A stretch of DNA of 50,696 bases from Actinomycetota bacterium. GTDB taxonomy: Bacteria; Actinomycetota; CADDZG01; JAHWKV01. The translations under genes and the position numbers were made by a program. Shown here piece after piece: positions 1-9,233 of this stretch (its first letter is position 1; every line of letters begins with the position of its first letter). The notes under the pieces were generated by a model. It saw only the letters and a program-made list of their open reading frames with translations, searched no databases and was not told the origin of the DNA. The DNA is taken from the NCBI GenBank assembly GCA_039929185.1, contig JBDSRR010000140.1:1-50696 (forward strand), read 5' to 3'.

Positions 1-1691
1 CCAACGGGCAGATCGTCGACTCCGATCTTTATAGCCAACTGTTCACTACACATGGCATCACCATGATCTTCCTGGTTGTGATGCCGCTGGGGGCCGCGTT
101 CTTTAACTATCTGATTCCCCTGATGATTGGCGCGCGCGACGTTGCGTTCCCGCGACTAAATGCGCTGTCTTACTGGATCTTTCTTTTCGGTGGAGTGTTC
201 ATCTATTCAAGTTGGTTCTTGGGTGGCGCACCCGATGGTGGGTGGTTCAACTACGCTCCCTTATCGAGTCAATTCTCGCCGGGCAATCGTATCGATTTTT
301 ACTCCATGGGTTTGCAGATCTTGGGTGTTGCTTCGCTGGTAGCGTCCGCCAATTTCATCGTGACGATTTTGAATATGCGCGCCCCTGGCATGACCCTTTT
401 GCGCATGCCGGTTTTCATCTGGATGGCCTTGGTTGTGAACTTCCTTCTGCTGTTCGCCATGCCCGTCATCGCTGTGGCTTTGTTCCTGTTGACCTTCGAT
501 CGCACGATCGGCACGAATTTCTTCAATCCTGCGGCTGGCGGCGATCCGATCTTGTGGCAACATCTGTTTTGGATATTCGGCCATCCCGAGGTTTACATCC
601 TCATCCTTCCGGCGATGGGTATCGTGTCCGAAGTTCTACCCACGTTTAGCCGCAAACCCTTGTTCGGCTACTCTGCGGTCGTTTTTGCGGGGGCAGCCAT
701 CGGCTTCATGGGCTGGGGCGTATGGGCCCATCACATGTTCGCTGTGGGGCTCGGACCGGCTGCCAACTCGGCTTTCGCAGTTTCGACCATGCTTATCGCC
801 GTGCCAACAGGCGTAAAGGTTTTCAACTGGATAGGTACCCTGTGGGGCGGCTCGCTGCGTTTCAAGACCCCCATGTTGTTTGCTATCGGCTTCGTTGCCA
901 TGTTTGTCATCGGCGGGCTGTCAGGAGTAACCCACGCGATCGTTCCCCACGACGCTCAGCAGACAGACACTTACTATGTTGTGGGCCATCTTCATTACGT
1001 ATTGTTCGGGGGCGCGATGTTTGGAATCTTCTCTGGCTTCTACTATTGGTTCCCCAAGTTCACTGGACGCATGATGAATGAGAGCATCGGAAAGATGCAG
1101 TTTTGGCTCATGTTTATCGGGTTCAATCTCACCTTCGGCCCCTTTCATATCCTGGGCCTGAAAGGTATGTCGCGACGTTATTACCGTTACGATTCTGGAC
1201 GAGGTTGGGATCTGTGGAACATGGTGTCAACGGTGGGGGCGTTCATCATCGCGGTTTCGGTACTTCTGTTCATGTACAACTACGTGTACAGCAAACGCAA
1301 AGGCCGCAAGGCGTCAGCCGATCCGTGGGATGCAAGAACATTGGAATGGACCATCCCGTCGCCCCCACCCGAATACAACTTCGCAGTGATTCCGCAGGTT
1401 CATGCCAGAGACGATTTTTGGCATCGCAAGTACACGGAAGACTCTAAGGGTCGACCGGTACCTATCCCGGTGGGCGGGTCTGGCGATTATGCCGAAAGCG
1501 GATCGGAAGAGACCCATGACATACACATGCCCTCGCCTTCTTACTTCCCGCTCATAGCAGCGGCGGGGCTTCCGATAATGGCTTACTCCGTTATGTATCG
1601 AGCGTGGGCATTGGCTATCGTCGGCGTCATCGTGATGCTGACCGGCTTCTATGGATGGATCATCGAACCTGCCACCGCTGAGGAGCATTGA
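1..1691 (+). CDS. ctaD: cytochrome c oxidase subunit I (heme-copper oxidase), 5' end cut by window edge
   Basis: The frame is open from the window edge (codons from nt 3: NGQIVDSDLYSQLFTTHGITMIF...) to TGA 1689-1691. Subunit I hallmarks are present: HLFWIFGHPEVYILILPAMG, WAHHMFAVG and VVGHLHYVLFGG. Extra C-terminal TM helices follow HMPSPSYFP. Confidence 0.95.
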   Translation, partial: NGQIVDSDLYSQLFTTHGITMIFLVVMPLGAAFFNYLIPLMIGARDVAFPRLNALSYWIFLFGGVFIYSSWFLGGAPDGGWFNYAPLSSQFSPGNRIDFYSMGLQILGVASLVASANFIVTILNMRAPGMTLLRMPVFIWMALVVNFLLLFAMPVIAVALFLLTFDRTIGTNFFNPAAGGDPILWQHLFWIFGHPEVYILILPAMGIVSEVLPTFSRKPLFGYSAVVFAGAAIGFMGWGVWAHHMFAVGLGPAANSAFAVSTMLIAVPTGVKVFNWIGTLWGGSLRFKTPMLFAIGFVAMFVIGGLSGVTHAIVPHDAQQTDTYYVVGHLHYVLFGGAMFGIFSGFYYWFPKFTGRMMNESIGKMQFWLMFIGFNLTFGPFHILGLKGMSRRYYRYDSGRGWDLWNMVSTVGAFIIAVSVLLFMYNYVYSKRKGRKASADPWDARTLEWTIPSPPPEYNFAVIPQVHARDDFWHRKYTEDSKGRPVPIPVGGSGDYAESGSEETHDIHMPSPSYFPLIAAAGLPIMAYSVMYRAWALAIVGVIVMLTGFYGWIIEPATAEEH

Positions 1692-1692
1692 A

Positions 1693-2295
1693 GTGACTAC
1701 CGCTGACGTGACTACCGCCCACACCGAAGAGCACCCGACTTATACAGGTCTCAACAACGTCAAGATGGCCATGTGGGCCTTCCTTGGGTCGGAATGGCTT
1801 TTCTTCGGCTCACTCATCTCGACATACCTGCTCTTCAAGAACCGCACTGGCTCTGGCCCAAAGCCTCAAGAGATCTATGACATCCCTTTCACGTCGGTCA
1901 GTTCGTTCGTTCTTTTGATGAGCAGTCTCACTATGGTTCTTGCACTGGCAGCCATACAGCGTGGCGACCATAAAAAGCTGCGAGTGTGGCTTGTCGCCAC
2001 CGCCCTTCTTGGTTGCATATTCATAGGTGGTCAGATATTTGAGTTCACTACATTCGTGCACGAAGGACTGACGTTGAAGACAAGTCCTTTCGGGTCGGCG
2101 TTTTTCGTTCTTACTGGTTTCCACGGTGCGCATGTAACCATCGGCATCTTGATGTTACTTTCGTTGGCGGGCATGTCATCGTTGGGCAAACTTCCGCAAC
2201 GCGACGCGAACAAAGTTGAAATGGTTGGTCTTTATTGGCACTTCGTTGACATCGTTTGGATCGTCATCTTTACCGTCGTTTATCTGATCCCTTAG
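1693..2295 (+). CDS. ctaE: cytochrome c oxidase subunit III (short 5-TM type)
   Basis: I prefer GTG 1693 over the track start at 1651, which overlaps ctaD. GTG 1693 is in frame, lies 1 nt after the ctaD stop, and has AGGAG at 1681-1685. Motifs FHGAHVTIG and YWHFVDIVWIVIF are present. Confidence 0.9.
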   Translation: MTTADVTTAHTEEHPTYTGLNNVKMAMWAFLGSEWLFFGSLISTYLLFKNRTGSGPKPQEIYDIPFTSVSSFVLLMSSLTMVLALAAIQRGDHKKLRVWLVATALLGCIFIGGQIFEFTTFVHEGLTLKTSPFGSAFFVLTGFHGAHVTIGILMLLSLAGMSSLGKLPQRDANKVEMVGLYWHFVDIVWIVIFTVVYLIP

Positions 2296-2304
2296 GAGAA
2301 ATAC

Positions 2305-2610
2305 GTGGCACAGGCGCACGAACACAAGCACCCCGGAGAAAAGGAATACATAAAGATAGCGGTGATCCTTGCGGTGATCACTGCCCTTGAAGTTGCCGTG
2401 TACTACATCGAATCACTGCGACCCTTGCTCGTGCCGGTGCTTCTATCGATGGCTTTCGTTAAGTTCGTTCTGGTAGCGGGATGGTTCATGCACTTGAAAT
2501 TCGACTCCCGCATATTCCGGCGCTTGTTCATAGTGGGTATCGTCACCGCGCTTGGAGTTTTTACGATCCTATTGGTGACTCTGTTGGTTGCTTTTCCTGC
2601 CCACTCTTAG
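2305..2610 (+). CDS. ctaF: cytochrome c oxidase subunit IV family protein (Bacillus CtaF-like small membrane subunit)
   Basis: GTG start at 2305 follows AGGAG at 2294-2298. The product is a 101-aa, 3-TM protein with WFMHLKFD. Its position directly after ctaE matches the Bacillus order ctaC-D-E-F-G. Confidence 0.7.
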   Translation: MAQAHEHKHPGEKEYIKIAVILAVITALEVAVYYIESLRPLLVPVLLSMAFVKFVLVAGWFMHLKFDSRIFRRLFIVGIVTALGVFTILLVTLLVAFPAHS

Positions 2611-2614
2611 TCTC

Positions 2615-3469
2615 ATGTTCGAATTCCCTCTGCAGCGGCATCCACACCCGGAAGTTTGGCTACTGATGGTTGGCATTTTCGCGCTTTATCTGGGCGCTCT
2701 TCGGTGGTGGGGGCCGCACCATGTTTCATCGGGCGAACGGCCGGCTAGCTACAGGCAGGTGGCTTGTTTTGCCGCAGGTCTGGTTTTATTGATCGTGGGA
2801 GCAACTTGGCCCATACACGAACTGGCTGAACGCTACTTATTCAGTGTTCACATGTCGCAGCACTTCATCTTTTCGCTCATGGCACCGCCGTTGCTATTGC
2901 TCGGAACTCCAAGTTGGCTGGCACGTAGATTGCTGAGGCCTCGGCCAGTCTTTGCGGCCATGAAGGTGCTGACCCGGCCACTTCTTGCTATGGCGATCTT
3001 CAACGTCTTTTTCGTATTCAGCCACTGGCCAACATTCGTTGAGTTCACGCTCAAGTTTCAGCTCGCTCACTTTTTCGCTCACTTCGCTCTGGTGGCGACC
3101 GCCCTTTTGATGTGGTGGCCAGTCCTTAGCCCGCTTCCCGAGTTCGCCAGGATCTCGAATCCGGCCCAATTGCTTTACCTGTTTGGTCAAACGATCCTTC
3201 CGACCGTTCCAGCATCGTTTCTAACGTTTTCTGAGACAACTTTTTACAAGACCTATGCCGAGGCCCCACGCATATTGTCCGGCATCACCGCGCTTTCAGA
3301 TCAGCGCATCGCTGGTGTAGTCATGAAACTTGGGGGTGGGGCATTGCTTTGGACGGTTATCACGGTGCTATTCTTCCGCTGGTCTTCCAACGAGGAGAAG
3401 GGGACTGTCGATGCGATCGATTGGCAGAACCTTGAGCGCAGCGTGAACCGGACTGGATCGGTTAGATGA
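2615..3469 (+). CDS. ctaG: cytochrome c oxidase assembly factor CtaG (caa3_CtaG family membrane protein)
   Basis: ATG 2615 is the first start after the ctaF stop; the track start at 2588 overlaps ctaF. The product is polytopic with HMSQHFIFSLMAPPLLLLGTP and WWPVLSPLPE, typical of Bacillus-type CtaG. Confidence 0.8.
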   Translation: MFEFPLQRHPHPEVWLLMVGIFALYLGALRWWGPHHVSSGERPASYRQVACFAAGLVLLIVGATWPIHELAERYLFSVHMSQHFIFSLMAPPLLLLGTPSWLARRLLRPRPVFAAMKVLTRPLLAMAIFNVFFVFSHWPTFVEFTLKFQLAHFFAHFALVATALLMWWPVLSPLPEFARISNPAQLLYLFGQTILPTVPASFLTFSETTFYKTYAEAPRILSGITALSDQRIAGVVMKLGGGALLWTVITVLFFRWSSNEEKGTVDAIDWQNLERSVNRTGSVR

Positions 3470-4065
3470 ATCAACAATTTCGAGACCGTGTCGTATTGCC
3501 GTTTGCGATACCGGTGGGGGCCCTGGCCTTTATCGGCGTGTTGACTTTTGGGATGTCTCGGGTGCTGCTCAACGTGTCGCCGCTGATAGCCACTGCTGTT
3601 GCCCTAATGACAGCTTTTAATATCGTCGTAGCGGCCTTTATCATCGCGGCCAGAGCCAAAGTCGATCTTGCACAGTTGGCAGCGATGACAGCGGTGGCAC
3701 TCTTGCCATTGGCTATCGGTGGGGCGGTTGCCGCCGGCGTCGTAAAGGTCACCGTTAGTGAAGAACACAAAGATGCGGCGCCGCAGGCCAAGGTGGTTGC
3801 AATATCCGCTAAGGATTTGAAGTTCGACACCTCCACCCTGGCCATTCCTTCCGCCGTCAAGTTCAGTTTGAAATTTACGAATGGCGATGAAGATCCACAC
3901 AACGTTGAGATTTTGCGCGCCAAGGGCGGCGAGAAACTCTTCAGCGAAAAGTTTTTCGCTGGACCGAAGACGGTTGAATGGGGGGTGGCCCCCATCGAAG
4001 CGGGGGAGTACTACTTCCAATGTCAGGTTCACCCGAGCATGAATGGCAAGGTCACGGCCAACTAG
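3466..4065 (+). CDS. membrane-anchored cupredoxin (type-1 blue copper) domain protein
   Basis: The start forms an ATGA overlap with the ctaG stop. About three N-terminal TM helices precede a C-terminal cupredoxin domain. Candidate ligands are His in DPHNVEI and the amicyanin-like short loop C-x2-H-x2-M in YYFQCQVHPSMNGKV. Confidence 0.8.
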   Translation: MNQQFRDRVVLPFAIPVGALAFIGVLTFGMSRVLLNVSPLIATAVALMTAFNIVVAAFIIAARAKVDLAQLAAMTAVALLPLAIGGAVAAGVVKVTVSEEHKDAAPQAKVVAISAKDLKFDTSTLAIPSAVKFSLKFTNGDEDPHNVEILRAKGGEKLFSEKFFAGPKTVEWGVAPIEAGEYYFQCQVHPSMNGKVTAN

Positions 4066-4070
4066 GCGCC

Positions 4071-5954
4071 ATGAACAGGCGTTTTCAGAAACTTTCCGTC
4101 GTCACCACAGCAACCACCCTCTTGCTGGTTGTCGTCGGGGCTATTGTGCGTGTTACCAAGTCGGGGCTTGGGTGTGGAACCGATTGGCCGCATTGTCACG
4201 GCAAGCTCGTGCCGACCATCGAACGTGCCACGGTTGCCATCGAATACTCCCATCGCCTTTTGGCCGCAACGGTCGGATTGCTGGTTCTTTCGTTGACGAT
4301 ATTCGCCTGGCTCAAGATGCGGCAGTTCCGGTCGGTATTTTGGCCAGCGCTGGCAGCATTGGTTATCGTGGTCGGGCAAGGCTGGATAGGTCGCAACGTC
4401 GTTATTTTCGAGCTTCGTCGTTTAGATGTCGTTGTTCACTTCATGACCGCTATGACGCTGTTGGGCATTTTGACTGTGCTGTCGGTGAACTCATTCATGC
4501 CGCGGGGCGGCCGCTCCACTTCGATCTTTAGGCATGGACTCGTCGGATGCTTTGCCACAGTAACTGTGCTTGTTGTAGGGGCACTGGTTTCACAATACGA
4601 GGCGGCTGGCGTCTTTCGAGACTGGCCTTTGATGAACGGTGGCATGCTTCCGCGATTCAGCGACTCTGGTGAAGTCCTTCATTTCGGGCACCGCGTTCTT
4701 ACGCTTGTTTTGGGAGCGATCTTGGTTTCACTAGTCGTCAAGGGTATCGTTAAGGCGACTGACCGACTCTTGGTGAAACTTGCTAAGAGTGCTCTAGTGA
4801 TCTGGGCTTTGCAGGTTGCCATAGGTGCGCTGAATGTCTTCACGAGGTCAGATGGCTGGGCCGTAGTCGCTCACGTTGGTATGGCTGCAAGTTTGTGGGT
4901 GACTGTTGTCTGGTTCACCGCCGCTTCTTACAGACGCTCTACCCAGCCCAGCCATGAATCTGGCCCAGTTGGCCCAGTTGGAACCTTGCGCCAAACGGCG
5001 ACCGCCTTCTTCATGTTGACGAAACCGCGCATCGTCGAGTTGCTTCTCATCACGACTGTCCCCGCGATGCTGCTTGCCGGTAAACCCTCATGGTGGCTGG
5101 TTGTTGCAACGCTCGTAGGTGGCACTTTGTCCGCTGGGTCGGCAAACTCGATCAATTGCTACTTCGATAGAGACATCGACGTAAAGATGGAACGAACTTC
5201 TGGCCGACCCCTGCCGCAGCATCAAGTAACGCCTCGCGCTGCGGGCATTTTCGGAGTTGCCTTGGGCGTCGCTGGTTTCGTTTGGCTTGCGCTACTCGTT
5301 AACCTGCTTGCCGCGGCTTTGGCGACCTCAGCTATCGTGTTCTACGTTTTCATTTATACCCTTTGGCTCAAACGTACGTCACCTTCCAACATCGTGATCG
5401 GCGGGGCTGCGGGGGCGGTTCCCGTTCTGGTTGGGTGGGCAGCGGTAACGGGCAAGGTCGAGGCATCCGCTTGGGTTATGTTCGCCATCATCTTTTACTG
5501 GACACCTCCGCACTTTTGGGCGTTGGCATTGAAATATAGGGAAGACTACGAGCGGGCCGGAGTCCCGATGCTGCCCGTGGTTAAGGGGGTCCCGGAAACA
5601 GCGCGACAGATCTTGTTGTATTCAGCCGTGCTCGTTGCGGTGAGTTTGGTAATGCTGCCGGTCGCTGGGTTGGGCTGGCTTTACTTGACGAGCGCTTTGG
5701 TTCTGGGTGGAGCGTTCATTGGCTACGCGTGGCGTCTAAAGATCCAGCCTGACGTTAAACGGGGAATGGCTTTGTTCCACTTCTCGTTGGCATATCTAGT
5801 GCTTTTGTTCGCAGCGATGGCGCTTGACCGAAGGATGGGTCTTTCGGCCGCCCCGATCGTTGATCGTTCGGCCTTCATCTCAGCAGTTCTGTTGTTTGCT
5901 GCAGCGCAGGCCGCCATATTGATCCGGGGCAACAGGAGAGTCGTATCGTCCTGA
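4071..5954 (+). CDS. ctaA/ctaB: fused heme A synthase (CtaA/COX15) and protoheme IX farnesyltransferase (CtaB/COX10)
   Basis: I chose ATG 4071 (MNRRFQKLSVV) because the track start at 3978 overlaps the cupredoxin gene. The N-terminal half has GLGCGTDWPHCHG and four conserved His-containing helices (EYSHRLLA, VVHFMTA, HFGHRVL, VAHVGMA). The C-terminal half has MLTKPRIVELLL and NCYFDRDIDVKMERTSGRPLP (UbiA-type). The linker SGPVGPVGT is encoded by a 9-bp tandem repeat. Confidence 0.85.
   Translation: MNRRFQKLSVVTTATTLLLVVVGAIVRVTKSGLGCGTDWPHCHGKLVPTIERATVAIEYSHRLLAATVGLLVLSLTIFAWLKMRQFRSVFWPALAALVIVVGQGWIGRNVVIFELRRLDVVVHFMTAMTLLGILTVLSVNSFMPRGGRSTSIFRHGLVGCFATVTVLVVGALVSQYEAAGVFRDWPLMNGGMLPRFSDSGEVLHFGHRVLTLVLGAILVSLVVKGIVKATDRLLVKLAKSALVIWALQVAIGALNVFTRSDGWAVVAHVGMAASLWVTVVWFTAASYRRSTQPSHESGPVGPVGTLRQTATAFFMLTKPRIVELLLITTVPAMLLAGKPSWWLVVATLVGGTLSAGSANSINCYFDRDIDVKMERTSGRPLPQHQVTPRAAGIFGVALGVAGFVWLALLVNLLAAALATSAIVFYVFIYTLWLKRTSPSNIVIGGAAGAVPVLVGWAAVTGKVEASAWVMFAIIFYWTPPHFWALALKYREDYERAGVPMLPVVKGVPETARQILLYSAVLVAVSLVMLPVAGLGWLYLTSALVLGGAFIGYAWRLKIQPDVKRGMALFHFSLAYLVLLFAAMALDRRMGLSAAPIVDRSAFISAVLLFAAAQAAILIRGNRRVVSS
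4962..4979 (+). repeat. perfect 2 x 9-bp in-frame tandem repeat (GGCCCAGTT) in the CtaA-CtaB interdomain linker
   Basis: Read directly from the sequence: 4962-4970 equals 4971-4979, encoding GPVGPV. Confidence 0.95.
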
Positions 5955-5971
5955 GATTCGGCCTTGCAGCA

Positions 5972-6433
5972 TTGTTGGTGTTGTTGCCGCTCGGCTGCGA
6001 ACGCCCGGCCGAAGTAAAAAAGGCGGCTATCGGTCAGGTCGCGCCAGAGGTTGGTGACCTAAAACTGTCGGGATTTGCAGGTCAGCCAGTGATCGTCAAC
6101 TTCTGGGCGTCGTGGTGCATACCGTGTCGCAAGGAGTTTCCATTGTTCGCCGATGCCACCCTCAAATATCCCGACCTCGTAGTTCTGGGAGTCGTCTTCG
6201 ACGACTCATCGAAGGCGGCCGAAGGCTTCATGCGCCAGCAAGGGGCATCTTGGAGGGCGATCGCTGATGCTGATGGCACCATTGCGAAAACCTATGGGGT
6301 GGGACGGCCCCCAGGTATCCCGCAGAGTTTCTTCGTCGATAGCGGGGGAGTCCTTGTAGCCCGCGCATTCGGTGAACTGACCGAGGCGACATTGGCTGCC
6401 AACCTCAACAAGATCATTCCCAAGAAAACTTAA
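5972..6433 (+). CDS. TlpA/ResA-like thiol:disulfide oxidoreductase (thioredoxin fold)
   Basis: The WASWCIPCRKEFP CxxC motif is present. The N-terminus LLVLLPLGCE looks like a signal or lipoprotein peptide. The start is TTG at 5972, and the true start could lie a few codons upstream. Confidence 0.85.
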   Translation: MLVLLPLGCERPAEVKKAAIGQVAPEVGDLKLSGFAGQPVIVNFWASWCIPCRKEFPLFADATLKYPDLVVLGVVFDDSSKAAEGFMRQQGASWRAIADADGTIAKTYGVGRPPGIPQSFFVDSGGVLVARAFGELTEATLAANLNKIIPKKT

Positions 6434-7100
6434 ACGAGGCTATCCCTGCTGCGATGAACCCCCAGCAACTAAGGACTGCCATTGCCTGCACGGGCGCAGC
6501 ACCCCCATGCAATGCCCAATCTAACGACTGGTTAAGCGCCCTTGCCGGCAGGTAACTCATAGCAGCAGCGACGTTGGGTGGTCCTTCCGGAACAAGCAAT
6601 CCGCCGGAAACCATCAGTAAAAGAAAAAGGGCATTCAGAACGGCAAGGTTCAGTTCAGCTCGCAAGGTGCCAGCCATCAACAGACCGATGCTGGCGAATG
6701 CGAAAGTCCCCAGCAGGCAAATGGCAACCAGGCGCGCAAGGTGGATCTCCGCAGTCATCCCCAAGATCGCTATACCCACAACCAGCAAGATGCTCGATTG
6801 AAGGACCTGCACTACTAGGGTCGATGTCGCCTTCGCTGCGAGCAGTGTGGGACGCCCTAGCGGAGTGCCTCCCAGCCTTTTTAGCACCCCGTAGTGCCGC
6901 TCATATCCTGTGCCGATCCCCACCGAAAGCATCGCGCTTGCAACAAGGGCCGCCGTTAAAACTCCGGCTAACAAGTTGGAGTGCGATGAGCCGAAGAAGA
7001 TCAAGGCACCGAGTGGTATGAGCAGATTTACCAGAACGCTATCTCCGCGTCTAAGCGTTAGTACGGTCTCGACCCTGGTTTGAGCTAGGAACTTTTTCAT
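6414..7100 (-). CDS. ABC-2 type transporter permease
   Basis: The product is a 228-aa, 6-TM protein. Its start forms an ATGA overlap with the upstream ATPase stop. Its 3' end overlaps the convergent tlpA-like gene by 20 nt. Confidence 0.75.
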   Translation of the reverse strand: MKKFLAQTRVETVLTLRRGDSVLVNLLIPLGALIFFGSSHSNLLAGVLTAALVASAMLSVGIGTGYERHYGVLKRLGGTPLGRPTLLAAKATSTLVVQVLQSSILLVVGIAILGMTAEIHLARLVAICLLGTFAFASIGLLMAGTLRAELNLAVLNALFLLLMVSGGLLVPEGPPNVAAAMSYLPARALNQSLDWALHGGAAPVQAMAVLSCWGFIAAGIASFKFSWE

Positions 7101-7756
7101 CCGAGCATTTTCATGTACGCCTCTTCCAACGATCCACTATTGGTCAACTCGACCAACGAACCCGCATTCAAGATCGCTACTCGATCTGCCATGCGCTCCG
7201 CCTCTTGAAAATCATGGGTCGTTAGCACGATGGTCACGTCCTCAAGCGATCTGAGGTGCGACCAGATCGCCACCCGTGCTTGAGGGTCCATCCCCGAGGT
7301 GGGCTCGTCCAGGAACAAGATCTGTGGCCGCCCGATGAGAGCAAGCGCAAGGTTCAACCGCTGCTTTTCTCCACCTGACAAAGTCCTGACCTTTCGGCCA
7401 GCCATGTCCTCAAGGCCGACTATGCCCAAAGCATCCTGGGGCAGGAGTGGGTGCGAATAGTAAGCGGCGAAGAGCCGGATGGCCTCCGACACTCTGATTC
7501 CTGGGTAGAGGCCACCCTCTTGCAGCATCAGCCCCATCTGAGGGCGAAGTGCAGCAGCGTCCTTGATAGGGTCAAGGCCAAGGACCTTGGCACTTCCCGT
7601 GTCGGGACGACGATATCCCTCTAGGATCTCAACGGTAGTTGTCTTGCCCGCTCCGTTGGGTCCCAAAAGGGCGAAGCACGACCCGTGGTCGATAGTTAGG
7701 TCGATCCCGTCGAGGATGGTCCGTGCGCCGTAGCTTTTGCCGAGCCCCTCACACAC
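7097..7756 (-). CDS. ABC transporter ATP-binding protein
   Basis: Walker A is GPNGAGKTT, the signature is LSGGEKQR and Walker B is ILFLDEPTSGMD. The start is GTG at 7756, and the N-terminus is short, so the start is uncertain. Confidence 0.9.
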   Translation of the reverse strand: MCEGLGKSYGARTILDGIDLTIDHGSCFALLGPNGAGKTTTVEILEGYRRPDTGSAKVLGLDPIKDAAALRPQMGLMLQEGGLYPGIRVSEAIRLFAAYYSHPLLPQDALGIVGLEDMAGRKVRTLSGGEKQRLNLALALIGRPQILFLDEPTSGMDPQARVAIWSHLRSLEDVTIVLTTHDFQEAERMADRVAILNAGSLVELTNSGSLEEAYMKMLG

Positions 7757-7764
7757 GATCGCTT

Positions 7765-8445
7765 TCAGTCTGCCCCCTGAGGGTGCGAGGCGTCGGTGAA
7801 TTCGCGAAATTCACCGGTGATCAGATATGCGACCTGTTCGGCGATATCGACAGCGTGGTCACCGATACGTTCTATCTGTCGTGACACGACATGCATGCGG
7901 ATGCCCCATTCCAGCAAACGCTTGTCGTCCGAGATGGCAAGCACCTCTTGAAGCATCCCGCGGTTGAGGCGATCGATGGGGTCATCCATCCTGGGTAATT
8001 CAAGACAAAGGTCGAGGTCTCTGCGTGCAAAAGCATCCATCGTCGCGCCGATCATCTTTAGCGCGATCCCACCCATCTCTTGCAGATGAGTAAGCACTGA
8101 ATCGTTGCGGGGCAGTTCTTCCGCGAGGGCGCCGATCTTTGCCATATTGACGGCCATATCAGCAACGCGTTCGAGATGTAGGTTGATGTGCAGGAGCACC
8201 GTAAGAAGGCGAAGATCGGATGCAACCGGCGTCTGCAGGGCAAACAGATCGACTACGGTGCGCTCGATCTCAAGGTAGTAAGTGTCGATCAGGTCGTCGC
8301 CTTCTACGACTTTGGAGAATAGATGAGATTCGTCTTCGATCAGACCCTTCAATGCGAGCCCGACCTGAGCTTGGACATCTCCGCCCATGGCAAGCATCTT
8401 GATCTCAAGATCGTGCAGTTCATCGTGGAAATGCCTCTTAGCCAT
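7765..8445 (-). CDS. phoU: phosphate transport system regulator PhoU
   Basis: The product has the two-repeat PhoU helical pattern (ERVADMAVNMAK and ERIGDHAVDIAE). The gene sits directly downstream of pstB. Confidence 0.92.
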   Translation of the reverse strand: MAKRHFHDELHDLEIKMLAMGGDVQAQVGLALKGLIEDESHLFSKVVEGDDLIDTYYLEIERTVVDLFALQTPVASDLRLLTVLLHINLHLERVADMAVNMAKIGALAEELPRNDSVLTHLQEMGGIALKMIGATMDAFARRDLDLCLELPRMDDPIDRLNRGMLQEVLAISDDKRLLEWGIRMHVVSRQIERIGDHAVDIAEQVAYLITGEFREFTDASHPQGAD

Positions 8446-9233
8446 TATCCGAACCTTCCTGTGATGTAGGCCTCTGTCCGTGGGTCTTTAGGACGAGTGA
8501 AAATCTGGCTTGTCTCAGCATATTCGACTAATACCCCAGTGCGGCGAGACTCAGTTTCGTCCACATCGACAGTCAGAAAGGCCGTAAAGTCGCTTAACCT
8601 CGCAGCCTGTTGCATGTTGTGGGTGACGATGATGATGGTGTACTGATCTTTCAGCTCGCGTGCAAGGTCTTCGATGCGGGCAGTGGCTATCGGGTCGAGG
8701 GCCGAAGCTGGTTCGTCCATCAAGATAACGTCTGGCTCTACCGCTAGCGCACGAGCGATACAAAGTCGCTGTTGTTGGCCACCGCTCAGTGAAAGTGCGT
8801 TGGTCTTGAGGTCGCGCTTAACTTCGTCCCAGAGGGCTGCTCGCTTAAGGGCTTCTTCGACTCTTGTTGGCATGTTGTCGGTCATGCCGTTTGCTCGTAA
8901 ACCGAATGCAACGTTTTCGTATATCGATTTCGGGAACGGGTTGGGCTTTTGGAAGACCATTCCGATGCGCTGACGAACTTCTACGGGGTCCACTTCTGGA
9001 AGGTACAAGTTTTGATCGCGGTACAGGATCTCGCCCATGACTTTGGCTGACGGGATCAGGTCGTTCATGCGATTGAAGCATCGGATAAGCGTGCTCTTTC
9101 CGCACCCACTTGGACCGATCAGAGCTGTGATTTGGTTCTCTGCGATGTCCATGGTTATGCCCGCAACGGCTACGTTATCTGCGTAGCGCACGCCCAAGTC
9201 GCGGGTCTTAAAGACAGGCTTATCAGTACTCAT
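8445..9233 (-). CDS. pstB: phosphate ABC transporter ATP-binding protein PstB
   Basis: [23 protein letters not shown] and [12 protein letters not shown] are present. The C-terminal tail YITGRFG is typical of PstB. Confidence 0.95.
   Translation of the reverse strand: MSTDKPVFKTRDLGVRYADNVAVAGITMDIAENQITALIGPSGCGKSTLIRCFNRMNDLIPSAKVMGEILYRDQNLYLPEVDPVEVRQRIGMVFQKPNPFPKSIYENVAFGLRANGMTDNMPTRVEEALKRAALWDEVKRDLKTNALSLSGGQQQRLCIARALAVEPDVILMDEPASALDPIATARIEDLARELKDQYTIIIVTHNMQQAARLSDFTAFLTVDVDETESRRTGVLVEYAETSQIFTRPKDPRTEAYITGRFG

Noticed and set aside
1693-1719. The sequence GTGACTACCGC is duplicated at a 15-nt spacing at the ctaE 5' end, giving two in-frame GTG candidates (1693 and 1708).
   Set aside because: This is a small in-frame duplication (VTTAD-VTTAH). 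It matters only for the choice of start codon and is not a separate feature.
3978-4070. The track gives an upstream extension to the ctaA/ctaB ORF.
   Set aside because: The extension overlaps the cupredoxin gene's copper-ligand region in another frame. ATG 4071 follows the cupredoxin stop by 5 nt.
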